From positions 90,139,126 to 90,203,125 of the forward strand of contig NC_090377.1 of the NCBI RefSeq assembly GCF_036365525.1: a stretch of DNA of 64,000 bases, written 5' to 3'. Origin of the DNA: Heterodontus francisci. Lineage: Eukaryota. This document shows, piece after piece, positions 22,821 to 36,076 of the stretch (positions are counted from its first letter, which is position 1; every line of letters starts with the position of its first letter). Below the pieces are notes generated by a model. It had not been told where the DNA came from. It ran no database searches and saw only the letters and a program-made list of their open reading frames with translations. The position numbers and the translations under genes are program-made.

Positions 22821-24144
22821 GTAAGTCTGTGCTAACTTTGAGTGTTGAAGTAATAAAATGTAATTTAATTCGCTATTATATAGAAATTATCTTGTTAGCT
22901 GGTTTAAAATTGAAGATACAAAGATGAAGCAGAATAAGGTTGAACCCTCTCCATGCACCTTTAATTCTTGAGTTTTAATAGTGCCCTGACACATTTAAGA
23001 TGCAAGTCTACTAGATGGGCAGCTACTGTGAATCCAAAATTAAAAAGACAATCTTAATTAATTTCTCAGAACAGCAGTCTCAACCATCCGCATTCAATAA
23101 TAAAGTCAAAGGGCAGAGTATGAGAAATGGAACGGTTACAGTAGTTTAAGAGTAAATTTTTATTTTAGAGTTGGTTACTCAAGGTAATTTATTTGACTCA
23201 GTACTATTTGGTGGCATCCCAATGTGCTAATGAGAAAATGTCTCATTCCATACTACAATCAGGAAATCCATGCATGCTATTCTATTGTGTCTTAACAGCT
23301 TGAGCAATGTAGAGCGGAATCCTTGAGCTAGTTTTCCCTTCCTCCCACAAAAGCTAGCTGGGATTCTCAAAACAGACCTAAGTGAAAACTGAGCACAATT
23401 AACTGTTCAGATGAAGTTTCAAACACTTTTGAAATATTATTTTGTAACATTACCCAAGGTACCACTCTCTTCCTGTCTCATCAGTATCCATTTATACTAT
23501 CTGCTTGAATCCGGTTAAGCAAGATAAAGATTGATGCTGAAAAATGGCAACAGGAAACTACTGTAGCATGAAATCATCAAAACCCAATTCTGAAAGCAGT
23601 TGCAGCTACAGTGCTTTGAACAGTTTACCAATTATCTAGTAGCTAAAATGGAGTATAGCAATTTAACATTGACATTGTGGGCTTGTTGAACCAACCATGA
23701 CACACGAAATTTTGTGTACTCTCAATTTGGTCTAGTCTGCAGCATGCTTTTTTGAGCAATACAACCGCATTTGACACAACTCAAAATGTCTATCTCCTAA
23801 TGATTTGGACATTGCCAGTACATAATGCAGTAAACCAATATTTTAAAAAGTGGAGTTATGGCATAGAGTGGGGAAGGATATAGTCGAGGTCAGACTGCAG
23901 AATCTGTCAGTTTTAGGAAGAAAAGCTGAACAGAACAGAACAGTTGCACTAAGGCACTCGGTCATCTCCTGATGAGAAACAACTGAGCACTGATGGCAGC
24001 CTGGGAGGATGGTGCAAATTCAGCATTGAACCAGGTAGGCAAGGGTGGAAAATACAATAATTACATGAATGATCAAGAAACGTTATACAAAGATGCCCAT
24101 AAGAATAAAAGTATTAAACATAATTTTTATATTTGTCATTTCAG

Positions 24145-24400
24145 ATTTCCCTTTTTGGATGAAGCAGTTGTTTCTTTTCTAAACACACTTCCTGTGTGGG
24201 AGAAAGCAGATTTGACTCTGCCTCGAGGAATTGGCGAAAAGCTACTTCTACGAATGGCTGCAAAAGAACTCGGTCTCACTGCATCTGCTGTACTTCCAAA
24301 AAGAGCCATGCAGTTTGGGTCTAAAATTGCAAAGATGGAAAACCAAAAAGAAAAGGCCTCTGATAAGTGTAACAGGCTATTGCAAAGCTTGGTGGATTAG
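24145..24400 (+). CDS. ASNSD1: ASNSD1 final coding exon
   Basis: TTTCAG|A acceptor completes AGA; [22 protein letters not shown]; TAG ends at 24400; spliced protein 631 aa. Confidence 0.96.
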
Positions 24401-26330
24401 TCATTTATGCTGTACTCTGTTCTTCAGTGCCAGTTTCAGAAAAGGTAATGAGCTACAATATTTAATGGTGAAACTCAAAACAATCAAAAAAATATACAGG
24501 TAAGGTGCTGTTGGTCTTTCTGTAGGTTTCTCTACCAAATAGTTAATTAGATAATTAAATGAGTACTGTACACAGTTGAAGTTCAGATCTTGAAGTTACT
24601 TATTCTGGAGTTTTTAAATGTGCAAAAGAATTGCAGCTGCATTTCATATTAAATTAATTTGTTGTTTCTCCATTCAGAGTACCAGAAAACACTAACTACC
24701 ACCTTAAGTGGCTAATCTAACCATCTCAGCTAAGAAATAATTAAATATTTTTTAGAAATCTGTCTGGCCATCCAGATAAGACGATTAGCCCAGCATCTCA
24801 AAAACTAGTGTGCAAATCTGTTTCTTAACAAATGTACACTTCCTTCATGTAACTCAGAAGTCAGGCACTCTGTTAAAATCTGGTAAAGGTAGCTCACTAT
24901 TTTGATATTAGCAACAGAGTACCCCAGGAATTCCAGGTAATACAATTTGAATATGGTTCAGGTATCCCTATGTAGTTTATTTCCAGTTTTCTTTTAAGAG
25001 ATCCTGTAGAAAATGGGGAGCCTGCAAAAATATTTTCAGTATTCCAAATAGCTTTAAACTGCTGAACATCTTTGTTTTACAACTATCTATTACAGTTCTT
25101 AAAATTTCAGTGCAAATACTAGTTTAGATGTCAGTCACACAGAAAATGTAAGTTTCTTTTCTAATAGTCTGCGCTTGCTCTGAAATTGAGTTATAAATGA
25201 TCTGTGGGTAGGTAATACACTGTCAATAGGATATTAGCTTAATAGTCTAGTAGTTACTGAAAGTATGAGTTCTAGCCCTCTTGCTGCTTGGACTGCCATA
25301 ATTTGAAAGATTTTCTAAAATTAGTACAATTCTAATAACAGCAACATTGCACCTAAAAATGTACTGTAAACATTAAAAAATAAAGATACAAAGCTTGTCA
25401 CTAAGATCCATGAATTTTGCTTGCTTCAATTCCAAATGGACGCTGAACAGAAAAAGCAATGACACCACTAATACTATAATACTTAGTTCTGTTTGATCTT
25501 CTAAGTAGTTTTTTTGCATGAAACTTGGGCCTTGATGAGGCTGGCCCATACCTGTTCTACATAATGCAAAACTATAGGCAATTGCATTATACTACTTTGC
25601 ATGCTAAATAGTGGTAAAATGTATTCACTTAATTAAAATAGTTGGTAGTAAAAGTTATATTTCAGAAATAGTTTATTTCCAACAAAGGTTTAAATTCCAA
25701 ACCCACTTGGTTTGTTTGGTACAAAGGATTACTTAAAATTAGAAAGAAAATTAACTTTGTCGGTATGACCCAATAAACCTCAGAGTTCCTCCAATCAGTT
25801 CAGCTTTGCAAGTTTACAAATAAAGTGAATTTAATTTTAAAAATACTAACATTGAGGCCTTAGCATGCAATCAGTGCCAAAATGTTATCTCTGCTCGTCA
25901 ATAATTTCATAAAGGTAATTTTAAAAAAGCCCAAATTTTTTTCAAACTTCTTATACTGCTGCTTTGACATCCTGACTTCTAGCAGTTATAAATTTATAGC
26001 ACAGAAAGAGACCATTCAATCCGTCATGTCTGGGCTCTTTGCTGGAGTGATACAAATTAATTTCACTATGGTGTGCTTTCCCCATATGAGGCATTTGAAC
26101 GCCATGAATTGCAAATGCAAGAAAATCTGACCACCATTTTAGCATATTCTCTAAAGAAACTGCCATATAAATGACTATGACTTGATTTACAGACCCCTCA
26201 TTTAAAAAGAGTATTTCTTGTAGAGTCCTGTTGTACCTGAACTTTTATGGGGTCATTTTGATTATGATACTATGATTCATTTTCTTAATGAGATGTCCTC
26301 ATATGTTAGATGTACAGTCACTGATCTACT

Positions 26331-26904
26331 TATCAGGCAAGCCCCCAACCTACCAAGACAGAAGAAGTGGTCAGACCAGTTTTGATCACATGACTGACTG
26401 ACTGACTGTTGGAGGATTTGAACTCAGAAAGCCGTGTGCAACTGGCTGGAACAGAACCTCCCTCCTGCCTGCCTCCATCTCTTTCCCAAGGAACTGAATC
26501 TTGTGAAAACACATGAACCTCAGAGAAAGGTCTCCAACGTGAACAAAGTTTAAGAAGAACACTGGGCCCTAACGAACAGCAAGACTACCTACAATCAAGT
26601 GAGCTCGAAGCACAGTAAACAAGAAACTCTTCTGATTTTGCCTCAAACCCCTTCTCTACTATATTTTCCTCTCTTTTCTGCTCCATTTGCATGTGTATAT
26701 CGTGTGTGCATGCTAGCGTGGGCGCGTCTCTTATCCATGGTCGTCTACGTTTTAATAAATTTCACTTTTTTCCTTTAAACCTGGTGTGTTGGTTTCTTGG
26801 CCTTATAATTGGAAAGCTGTGAACAAGGATTCACAAAAGGAGGCGCTCAAAACACTGTTTGAAGACAGAAGATCCCTAGATACCTTTCGCACCTGGTTGT
26901 AACA
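26331..26904 (+). mobile_element. Internally deleted solo LTR, TSD TACT
   Basis: Homologous to the reverse complement of 1333-2549 at both ends; TACT at 26327-26330 and 26905-26908; AATAAA at 26754. Confidence 0.8.
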
Positions 26905-27186
26905 TACTAAATAAAATACATTCAGTCTCAATTTACTCAAGATGAGAAGCCTACGGATGTGGATTTCTGATTTTTAAAAGCAGTAATTCGGGACCCCGTG
27001 TCTCTATAGGGTATTGGGAATTAAATGCATGGCTCCAGAGATTTTCCTTTGTTTTCACCATTAACCTGTCATCTTGGAAAGCATTAACAAAAAGAAATGT
27101 GTACAAGATACCACACAAAGCTCCTTCACCACAGCTCTTAAATATTGGAAAACTGCTAGTCATTCAAATCAATCGAATTATGCTTC

Positions 27187-27280
27187 TCAACACTTCTGGA
27201 AATATCTGGTACAGTCAATGTAAGATGGAAGATTTCCAACATCAAATCGGCCACATACATGATGAACAAACACTGGTTTT
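27187..27280 (-). CDS. Nucleotidyltransferase coding exon 8 (KPVFVHHVCGRFDVGNLPSYIDCTRYFQKC*)
   Basis: TTTTGCAG|A acceptor, phase matches; GRFDVG is the C-terminal (W/F)xD(I/V)G motif of NTP_transferases. Confidence 0.88.
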
Positions 27281-27359
27281 CTGCAAAAGGAAAAGAAAAT
27301 AAATAGCACATGGCATAACATTAAAAGTAAAATGAAAGTTCCTTGAAGCAGTCTCTCAC

Positions 27360-27418
27360 CTTGAGTGGACCCAACATAAGAAGTTGCCTGGTGCATCCTT
27401 CTCTTCCAAGGGCGAATT
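27360..27418 (-). CDS. Nucleotidyltransferase coding exon 7 (NSPLEEKDAPGNFLCWVHS)
   Basis: TTTGTAG|AAT acceptor, AG|GTGAGA donor; DAPGNF motif. Confidence 0.88.
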
Positions 27419-28048
27419 CTACAAAATAAAACCCTTTTTAAAAAAAGTATTTATATAAACGATCAAAATAAACATGTCTATATTTTTCCAAGAAAAGTGG
27501 GTGAAAGGAAAAATAGTACATTGGAACTTTTGGGTCAATTGGAAGAATTTATGCAGGTGTCATCACTATGCTAAATTTACAAGCAGTTTGCAGCACATTT
27601 GATTCAAGCATATAATTCCAATTATTTTACCCTAACTATAATACAGGAGTGACTACATTTCAAATGTAATTAATGGGCTGTGAAGCATTTGGGACATTGA
27701 GTATTTAAAGATGCTATATAATACGGGTTCTTTGTTTCTATATCAAAATGCAGTCCATGCTATAGAATTCCAAATTAAAGCAGAACATTTAAATTCAAAA
27801 TATTGGTCAAAAGTATACATAATCAATCCACCACTAAATTCTGCAAAGGAGACAGTAGGATAATGTAGAAAATAATAATTTGCATAAAATGCTGAATTAA
27901 TAAATAGGACATGATTCAATTATTCATCAATTTGCTAATTGTTCCTGATGTTGAAAGTCCTGATTCAGTTGTAACAGTTCCTAATAAACTAATTGGGCTT
28001 TTCTTTTAGCAGAGTTTAACTTAGTTGTGTTAATGCCAACAAATGTAC

Positions 28049-28117
28049 CTGCTTTTCTTGAAGAAATTTTGCTATCAAAGGAATCGTACTTTTTGAGTAT
28101 ATATAGAAGCATGGGCA
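28049..28117 (-). CDS. Nucleotidyltransferase coding exon 6 (CPCFYIYSKSTIPLIAKFLQEKQ)
   Basis: TCTTTCAG|TGC acceptor, CAG|GTACAT donor, 69 nt, phase 0-0. Confidence 0.85.
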
Positions 28118-28368
28118 CTGAAAGACAGAAAATTTTTGTAATTACTGAATTCTTAGTTTAGATATTACTCAATACAAGTAGTATTTAATGTGCTAAAAAT
28201 TTTGCCTGAAAAGAAACAAGTATCAGAACAAGTTACTTCAGTACAGCAAGATTCTGCTTCAGTAAAAATAACGCTTTTGAAGTAACTTGTTCCAATAGTA
28301 GATTTTTTTTCAAATTAAAAAGGTACAGTGTGTGGTTAAGAAATGTCAACTTAGAACAAAAATCTTAC

Positions 28369-28466
28369 TGCTCTACGAGATGTTGTTTCAGTAGAGCTGG
28401 GTTTTTCTTTAAATGCAGTGACTTGGAACTTTTCATCAATTTCTAAAATGCCAAACTTTGTAGTTT
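28369..28466 (-). CDS. Nucleotidyltransferase coding exon 5 (ETTKFGILEIDEKFQVTAFKEKPSSTETTSRRA)
   Basis: CTCAGCAG|AA acceptor, GCA|GTAAGA donor; FG(I/V)...FxEKP sugar-phosphate binding motif. Confidence 0.9.
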
Positions 28467-28552
28467 CTGCTGAGAGGAGAAGTTATGTTAATTATTTCCC
28501 TGAAAGATCAGTTCATGAAAGGAAGGAGCTTTGTAATAAATTTTGGATTGAC

Positions 28553-28668
28553 CTTCATCTTTGCATCGGTAAGACAGAACCAAATTGCTGTCACAGTTAA
28601 TTTTCTGCAGCTCAGCAAATTGTGCAAGGACACCAGATAGGCTGAAGTCTTCATAGAACAGAGTGTCC
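28553..28668 (-). CDS. Nucleotidyltransferase coding exon 4 (GDTLFYEDFSL..SYRCKDE)
   Basis: TTCTCAG|G acceptor completes GGDTLF (GD motif); donor G|GTCAAT keeps frame with the next exon. Confidence 0.85.
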
Positions 28669-28759
28669 CTGAGAAAAATAAATATTGTCAAAGTGGAAGT
28701 CAAAACATACAATAAGTTATTAGAACTCTTTTCAACACAATAAGTTCAATTTATAATAG

Positions 28760-29270
28760 TATGCCTTTGTCACCTCCAGACTCAACAACTGCAATGCTCT
28801 CCCATTCTCCAGCCTCCATAAATTTCAGCTCATCCTAAACTCTGCTACTTGTATCCAAACTCACCAAGTTCAGTTCACCATTTATTCCTGTCCTTACTGA
28901 CTGGCATTAGATCCTGGTTCCCCCATTCTCTCCAACTGAAAATACTCATCTGTGTTTAAATCCTCTCAAGGCCGCCTCCATCCTTACAAGTTCCCCACCC
29001 CCATTCCTCTGACTCTGGTTTCTTATGCATGCTCCAACATCAGTAGCTGTAGCACCTGGGCCCATGCTTTGGAATTCAATCCCTTAAATCCTTCTGCCTC
29101 TCCTTCTGCTATTCCATTTCCCTCTTTTCCTTTACGACCATCCTTAAAACCATCTCTTTGACTACATTTTTGGTACCACCTAAACATTTCCTGTGCATCT
29201 ATTTATTTTTGACTATGCCTTTGAAGCACCATGGCATGTTATTCTATGTTCAAAGTGCTATAGAATTACA
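28760..29270 (+). mobile_element. Degraded L2-like LINE 3' fragment
   Basis: CCTCCAGACTCAACAACTGCAATGCTCTC..ACTGACTGGCATT..GAAGCACCATGGCATGTT..GTGCTATAGAA, an L2-type tail. Confidence 0.55.
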
Positions 29271-29289
29271 AGTTAAGAACTCCATAAAT

Positions 29290-31955
29290 TACTTAACCTC
29301 CTGAGGAAGGTACAGGCTAGGAACATTCCAACAAGGGTGAAAGGTAGGGAAACCAAGAACAGGACTGCTTGGTTGATGAGGGAGATAGAGATGATAAAAC
29401 AAAAAAAGAGGATACATGATGCATGTCAGGTGAACTCATCAGGTGAGAACCAGGCTTAGGATCTTCTACCGGCATGTAAATAGTAAGTGAGTAGTAAGAG
29501 GAGGAATGGGGCCTATTAGGGACAGAGAGGGTAATATATGCTTAGAGGTGCAGGGCAAGACTAATATACTTCATGAGTACTTTGTATCAGTGTTCACTAA
29601 GGAGGCTGACAAAATATCAGTAGAAGCAAAGAGTAGAGGCAATGGATAGGATAAAAAATTTTATTTAGAGATACAGCACTGAAACAGGCCCTTCGGCCCA
29701 CCGAGTCTGTGCCGACCAACAACCACCCATTTATACTAACCCTACACTAACCCATCCCCACTATTCTCCTACCACCTACCTACACTAAGGGCAATTTACA
29801 ATGGCCAATTTACCTATCAACCTGCAAGTCTTTTGGAGGTGGGAGGAAACCGGAGCACCCGGAGGAAACCCACGCAGACACAGGGAGAACTTGCAAACTC
29901 CACACAGGCAGTACCCAGAATCGAACCCGGGTCGCTGGAGCTGTGAGGCTGCGGTGCTAACCACTGCGCTGCCCTTGAGAGGAGGGAGGTATTAAAAGGT
30001 TGGCTATGCTTAGGGTAGATAGGTCACCTGGTTCAGATGGCTTGCATCCCAGGTTGCTAAAGGAAGTGGGGACAGAGATAGCTTAAGGGCTTGCCATAAT
30101 CTTCCAATATTCCCTGAATACAGGGGAGGTGCCAGAGGATTGGAGAGTAGCAAATGTGAAACCCTTATTCAAGAAAGGGTGTAAGGACAGTCCTAGCAAC
30201 TACAGGAGAATTAGTTTAACATCAGTGGTGGGTAAGGTTTTAGAAACTGTAATCAGAGAAAATATCACAAACACTTAAGCGAAGTTCGAGTTAATTAAGG
30301 ATAGCCAGCATGGATTTGTAAAAGGCAGATCATGCTCGACAAATCTAATTGAAATTTTTGATGAAGGGAATGCGGTGATGTTATGTGGATTTTAAGAAAG
30401 CATTTGATATGGTACCACAAAAAGAAGCTCGTGGAATAGGAGGGTCAGTGTCCAATTGGATAAAAAAAATTGGCTTATGGACAGAAAACAGCAAGTCATA
30501 GTAAATGGTTGCCTTTCAGAGTGGAGGAGATAGTGGTGTTCCCCAAGGGTGAGTTCTGAGGCCACTGCTTTTTTGATATATATAAGTGACTTGATGAAAG
30601 GTCACAGACCTGAAACATTAACTCTGCTTCTCTCTCTCCACAGATGCTGCCAGACCTGTTGAGGATTTCCAATTACAGCACAGAAGGAGGCCATTCAGCC
30701 TGTCGTCTCCATGCGGCTGAAAAAACTAGCCACTCAATCTAATCCCACCTTCCAGCACCTGATCTATAGCCTTGCCAGTTACAGCACTTCAGGTGCATGT
30801 CCAGGTAAATAAAATTGAGGGTTTCTGCCCTCACGACCTTTCCTGGCAGTGAATTCCAGACACCCACCACCCTCTGGGTGAAAAACGTTTTCCTCACATC
30901 CCCTCTAATCCTTCTACCAATCACCTTAAATCTGTTCCCCCTGGTAACTGATCTCTCTGCTAGGGGAAACAGGCCCTTCCTGTCTACTCTATCTAGGCCC
31001 CTCATAATTTTGCACACCTCTATTAAGTCACCCTTCAGCCTCCTCTGTTCTAAGGAAAACAACTCTAGCCTATCCAATCTCTCCACATAGCTGCAACTTT
31101 CGAGCGCTGGCAACATTCTTGTAAGTCTCCTCTGTACTCTCTCCAGAACAATTATGTCCTTTCTGTAATGTGGTGACCAGAACTGTACACAGTACTCCAA
31201 CTGTGGTCTAACCAGCGTTTTATACAGCTCCAGCATTGCATCCCTGCTTTTGAATCCTATACCTCGGCCAATAAAGGAAAGCATTCCATATGCCTTCTTC
31301 ACCCTCTATCTACCTGTCCTGCCACCTTCTGTTTTTATTTCAGATTTCCAGCAAAGGCAGTATTTTGCTTTTATTTTAGAAGTTATGCTGGACCTTTATA
31401 AAGCTCTGGTTAGGCCCCAACTGGAGTATTGCATCTTGTTCTGGTCACCACACTTCAGGAAGGCTGTGAGGGTCCTTGAGGGGGTGCAGAGGAGATTTAC
31501 CTGAATGGTTCCAGGGATGGAGGATTTTAGTTTACAAGGTTGGAAAAGCTGGGTTTGTTCTCCTTAGAACTAAGGACATTGAGGGAAGATTTATTAGAAG
31601 TGTACAAGATTATGGCAGGCCTAGATAAGTTGGAGAAGAAAAAGCTGTTCCCATTAACAAATAGTACAAGGACTAGGGGACACAGATTGCAAGTTTTGTG
31701 CAAAAGATGCAGGGGGAATATGAGAAAGCACTTTTTTATGCAGGTAATGACCTGGAACTCGCTGCCCACAAGGTTGGCGGAAGCAGAGACGATCAATGAC
31801 TTCAAGAGGAAGTTGGATGGCCACTTGAAAGAAATAGACTTGTAGGACTGGGGATTGAGCCGGGGAGTGGGATTGACAGCATAGCTCCGTGGAGGGCCGG
31901 CATGGACTCAATGGGCCGGATGGCCTCATTCTGTGCTGTAAATGACTCTGACTCT
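29290..31955 (+). mobile_element. CR1 LINE (+) carrying a nested HE1 SINE, a Penelope repeat (30590-30670 and 31327-31376) and a second CR1 (30672-31327, -)
   Basis: RT motifs ([34 protein letters not shown]) and the minus [25 protein letters not shown]. Confidence 0.85.
29663..29972 (-). mobile_element. HE1-like V-SINE
   Basis: Reverse complement of the SINE at 54940-55275. Confidence 0.85.
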
Positions 31956-33247
31956 AAGTTATAGAGATTTCAGTGCAAGAGGCCATTCAGCACAGCATTC
32001 ATGTGGTAGTGCTATATCCTCAGAGGTATCCAATCCCTGAACTCTCTTTAATACTTTTCCTCTTCGTTTAACCTTAAGTTAAATGAATGAGTTGGTTTTA
32101 ATATTCAGTCATGATGAAGCATTTCATATTCACGTAAAGACATTTCTTCTAGACACTTGTTTACATTTTTAGTGTTAATCCTAAATTTAATGTTAATGTT
32201 TAGTGTTAATCCTAAATCCTTATCAATTCAAGCATTGGAAATAATCGTTCATTATTTATTCTTTCAAACTCTTCAAAACCTTTCATATTTCTATTGGATC
32301 TCCCCCCCTGTCCCCCCCCCCCCCCCTCCCCCAATTACCTCAGCTTTGGTGAATATAGTTCTAGTTTTTCTCCCTTAGTATGTGGGATACATCAACCTAT
32401 CCTTGGTAATCACAAATACATTTAAAAGGAAATGTGAAAGTTTCTCCTTGCTCTAAAAGAAATTGAGTATAAACTGCAGGAGATTAATCATTTTTTTTCA
32501 GGTTTGATGCTGTAATTCAGACTACTGCCAAAAACGATGATATTGGTAGACTTTAGAAAAATCACTTAATCTGGCAAGTCTTTGCAAAACTTCAATGAGA
32601 AACAAAATCTGGAAAAGTAAAATGAAATGCATTTTTAAAGGACAATTTAAATGGTTGATGTAAGGTGGTAAGTGGTAAGGACACATGTGCTTGAGAAAAG
32701 GAGAATTATATCAAGACCATCGTGAGAGAATAAGGAAATTAAAATAAACCCAATGGCCAAGCAAAAATATTTGAAAATACATTAGGAATCAAAAGGTAGT
32801 GACCACTAGGAGTCATCTAAAAGTCAATGAGGAGGATGAGAACAAGCAAAGGAAAATAGATGATAATGAAACAGAAAGGTAGGTTGTGGATACCAGCTTA
32901 AGGGATGCCATTTTTAAACTATACATATAGTTAATATAGGGATAAAGACCAGACAGGCTCTTTAAAGGATAAGCTGGGAAGAAATAATATAAAATAAATT
33001 GCAATTTGATGAATTATTTATCAGTTAGTGCTACCTTGTGAGCTATAAACTTCTTAAAGCTATTGAACAGTTCATTTTAAAATTGAATACCCTTTCTATT
33101 TACAAGTTGGTAAAAAATAAAATAGTATGTACAGCAAATGAAAATCTATAACTTAAAAATAGTATATTTAAGCAATTTGCCCTATTTTAAAACCTTTACT
33201 AGCTATTCTGCTTATATTCTTTACTACCTACAAACATTGTTGCTTAC

Positions 33248-33327
33248 CCGCCTAGGACCAATACATTGTCATTGATGTTAAACTGAGTAATGACAAGCTG
33301 AAGACAAGCGATAGCACCCAACCGTTC
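33248..33327 (-). CDS. Nucleotidyltransferase coding exon 3 (ERLGAIACLQLVITQFNINDNVLVLG)
   Basis: CCACAG|GAA acceptor, GG|GTAAGC donor; RLGAI motif. Confidence 0.9.
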
Positions 33328-34230
33328 CTGTGGAGGAAAAAAAGTAATTTTTTTTTTTAAACTGTCCAGATCACTGAGTTATGGCTTTTACTTAACTTTA
33401 AATAATTCAGTTAATTTGTACACCGTCTATAAACAGTTTTGCTCACCAAGTTTTCGATGCATATAGGTCAGTTAATGTGAAAATGCTATAAAGATGGAGA
33501 CACCCCTTCCTACCTCCTTTCCTTCCCTGGGACTTTGAGCAAAGGTTTCCTGTATAATAATTTCGACTGAGGTTCAGCAAAATTCCTTTTAAAGTGTACT
33601 TAACTTAAAAATTTACAGCTGCTTTATACAACTATTGAAAGGAACCCAAGACTCGTGTCAGCATTACTGATTTCATTTCAATTCCATCTCCACTCAAAAA
33701 AAAATCCTCCTTTGGCATTCAGTAACTAACGAGCTCACAACTATTACATTCAGTTATTTGGGACAGTAAGACTAAATCATATCATGTGATAGAGCCACAA
33801 ATCATTGCATCACTCAAATCAATTATACAGTATAGGAATGTGTTTCAAGGTAGTAATAATTGATGGCTCAGATGACATCAATTAACCGCCTAAGATTCAA
33901 TCTCAGTTTATAATCTTTTATTACAGCTTTGTAATGTTCTATCTAGGTGTCATCTGTACACTAGTATGGTACAAACCTGGAGGCCAAAGTGAATAATAGC
34001 ACTTACAGATTTTTTAATAAAGAATTTTACTTCTAACATTGCGCATATCCACATTTTCCGAACAAATATATTGCACTTCTACAATGCAATTAAACATCAA
34101 AGTTAACCAGATGAAGTTTAACTGTGCCTGGAAATTAATTGTAATTTTCACTAATGATCTAATGTTTCTAAAAGTGATAGTTCTGATTTATACATGATAT
34201 ATCCGGGCTATTGCAGTTCTGGACACCTAC

Positions 34231-34320
34231 CTCGTTGCTTCTCGTTCCATCATTTAGAACTTTAACTAGTCGGAATTCCTTTGCCCAGTCTTCAAACTTT
34301 ACATAATAGAGATCGTTCGT
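34231..34320 (-). CDS. Nucleotidyltransferase coding exon 2 (TNDLYYVKFEDWAKEFRLVKVLNDGTRSNE)
   Basis: TTGCAG|ACG acceptor, GAG|GTAGGT donor, 90 nt; NDGT..NE motif. Confidence 0.9.
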
Positions 34321-35094
34321 CTGCAAGGATTACTGTTAGTTAGCAATTATTGACATAACAGAGTGATATCTTTGTAGTGTCTGCTAGTTACATGCTTTAA
34401 AAGACTGTTTTGATTGACCAATTTTCTTTGTTTAAAAAAAGCAAAAATAGATTAAAACTGCACAAGTTCAATTTTTAATTGTACCTCCCAAACCAACATT
34501 TTTCAGAGCACTACTTCTTTGTGAACTGCTGAATGAGAAAAAGACGAGCTTTAGTGGGAATTAAATCAGTGACGCTATTTTAAAAGTTGAATTTGCATTT
34601 GGAATAAACAATGCACAAGAAAGAATGGGTTCATTTATTCCTCATCGCCTTTCCTATGTATCCTTAAGAACAAAATTATTACAAATACTCGTGGGCATAC
34701 AATTTCAATCCTGTGTCAAAATTGTATAATAAAATCTTAAGTTGCAAAACAGAATCTCTACGAACTCTAGTGCAGTACTTCAATACTACGCGAGGACAGA
34801 GGCACAAGGCTTTCCCGATTTTGCTTGACAATTTTTTTTAGCTGGATCTGGTACCATCCAATATCAAAACTGAGGCCTATGGATGTTTTTTCTTTTTGGC
34901 AGTGATGTGTTAAAAATCATGTACTTGGTTCCCCTTTATCTGTTCAGTTTTAAAAAAAGCTTTTCTACATCCTCCAATTGCAAAGTCCTAGCACCAAAAC
35001 ACAGCAAAAAGATTAAAATAGCATTAAATGTACCAATAAAACTCTTAAGTTTTCTGTCACAAATTTGTCAATGTAAAATAGAAAATCAATTAGA

Positions 35095-36000
35095 ATCATA
35101 GAATAATAGACCATAGAAGCAGGCATCATGCCTGTGCCAGCTCTTTGCAAGAGCTGTCCGTCTCATTCCACTACTCTTTCCCCGTAGCCCTACAAATTTT
35201 TCCTCTTCAAATATTTATCCACTTTTCTTCAGAAAATGATTATTGAAACTGCTTCCACCACACTTTCAGATAGTTCATTGCAAATCATCATAACTCGCTG
35301 CTTCAATATTTTTCCTCCTGTTGCTTCTGTTTTTTTTATGCCAATCACCTTGATCTGTGTCCTCTGGTTACTGACCCTTCTGCCACTGGAAACAGTTTCT
35401 CCTTAGTTACTCTTCCAAAGCCTTTCAAGATTTTGAACACCTCTATAAATTTGCCCCTTTAACCTTCTCTGATCTAAGCCGAACAATCCCAGTTTCTCTA
35501 TCCATATAACTGTAAACTTTCATCCCCAACCATAAATCTCTGCACCTGCTCTAAGGCCTGGCATCCATCCTAAAGTGTGGTGCCCAGAATTGGACACAAT
35601 ACTCTAGCTGAGACTTAAGCAGTGTTTTGTAAAGGTTTTATATAACTTCCTTTCACTTGTACTCTAAGCCTCTTTTTATAAAGCCAAAGATACAATATGC
35701 CTTTTTAACAGCCTTTTCAAATTGTCCTGGCAACTTCAAAGATTTGTGTACATACACAGCTCCAGGTCTCTCTCTTCCAGCACCCCCTTTAAATTTTATA
35801 TTTGCTTTAAGTGTTTCTATTCCCTCTTCTCATTTTTCCTATCAAAATTAATCAGTTTACACCTCTACATTAAATTTCACCAGCGTATGCCCTCCTGAAG
35901 TCTGTTACTATTCTTCTCATTTTCTATTACATTTCCAAGTTTTGTATCATCTGCAAACTTTGAATTTATGCTGTGTATACCCAAATCTGGGTCATTAATT
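35095..36000 (-). mobile_element. CR1 LINE 3' fragment
   Basis: AAGTTTGCAGATGATACAAAA (KFADDTK) and [10 protein letters not shown] on the minus strand, CR1 tail. Confidence 0.8.
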
Positions 36001-36076
36001 GTAACTAAACATTTGGAGGCACATCACAATTTAACTTATGCAGTTTTCTGAAGAAAAGCTCAAAATGTAGACATAC

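Noticed and set aside
23603-23620. CAGCTACAGTG resembling the ferroportin iron-responsive element (SLC40A1 is a syntenic neighbour in human)
   Set aside because: The 3' arm TTTGA cannot pair with AGCTA, and the site is intronic.
23993-24144. In-frame ATG extension upstream of the last ASNSD1 exon
   Set aside because: A strong acceptor at 24144 with matching phase explains the exon; the extension has no recognisable homology.
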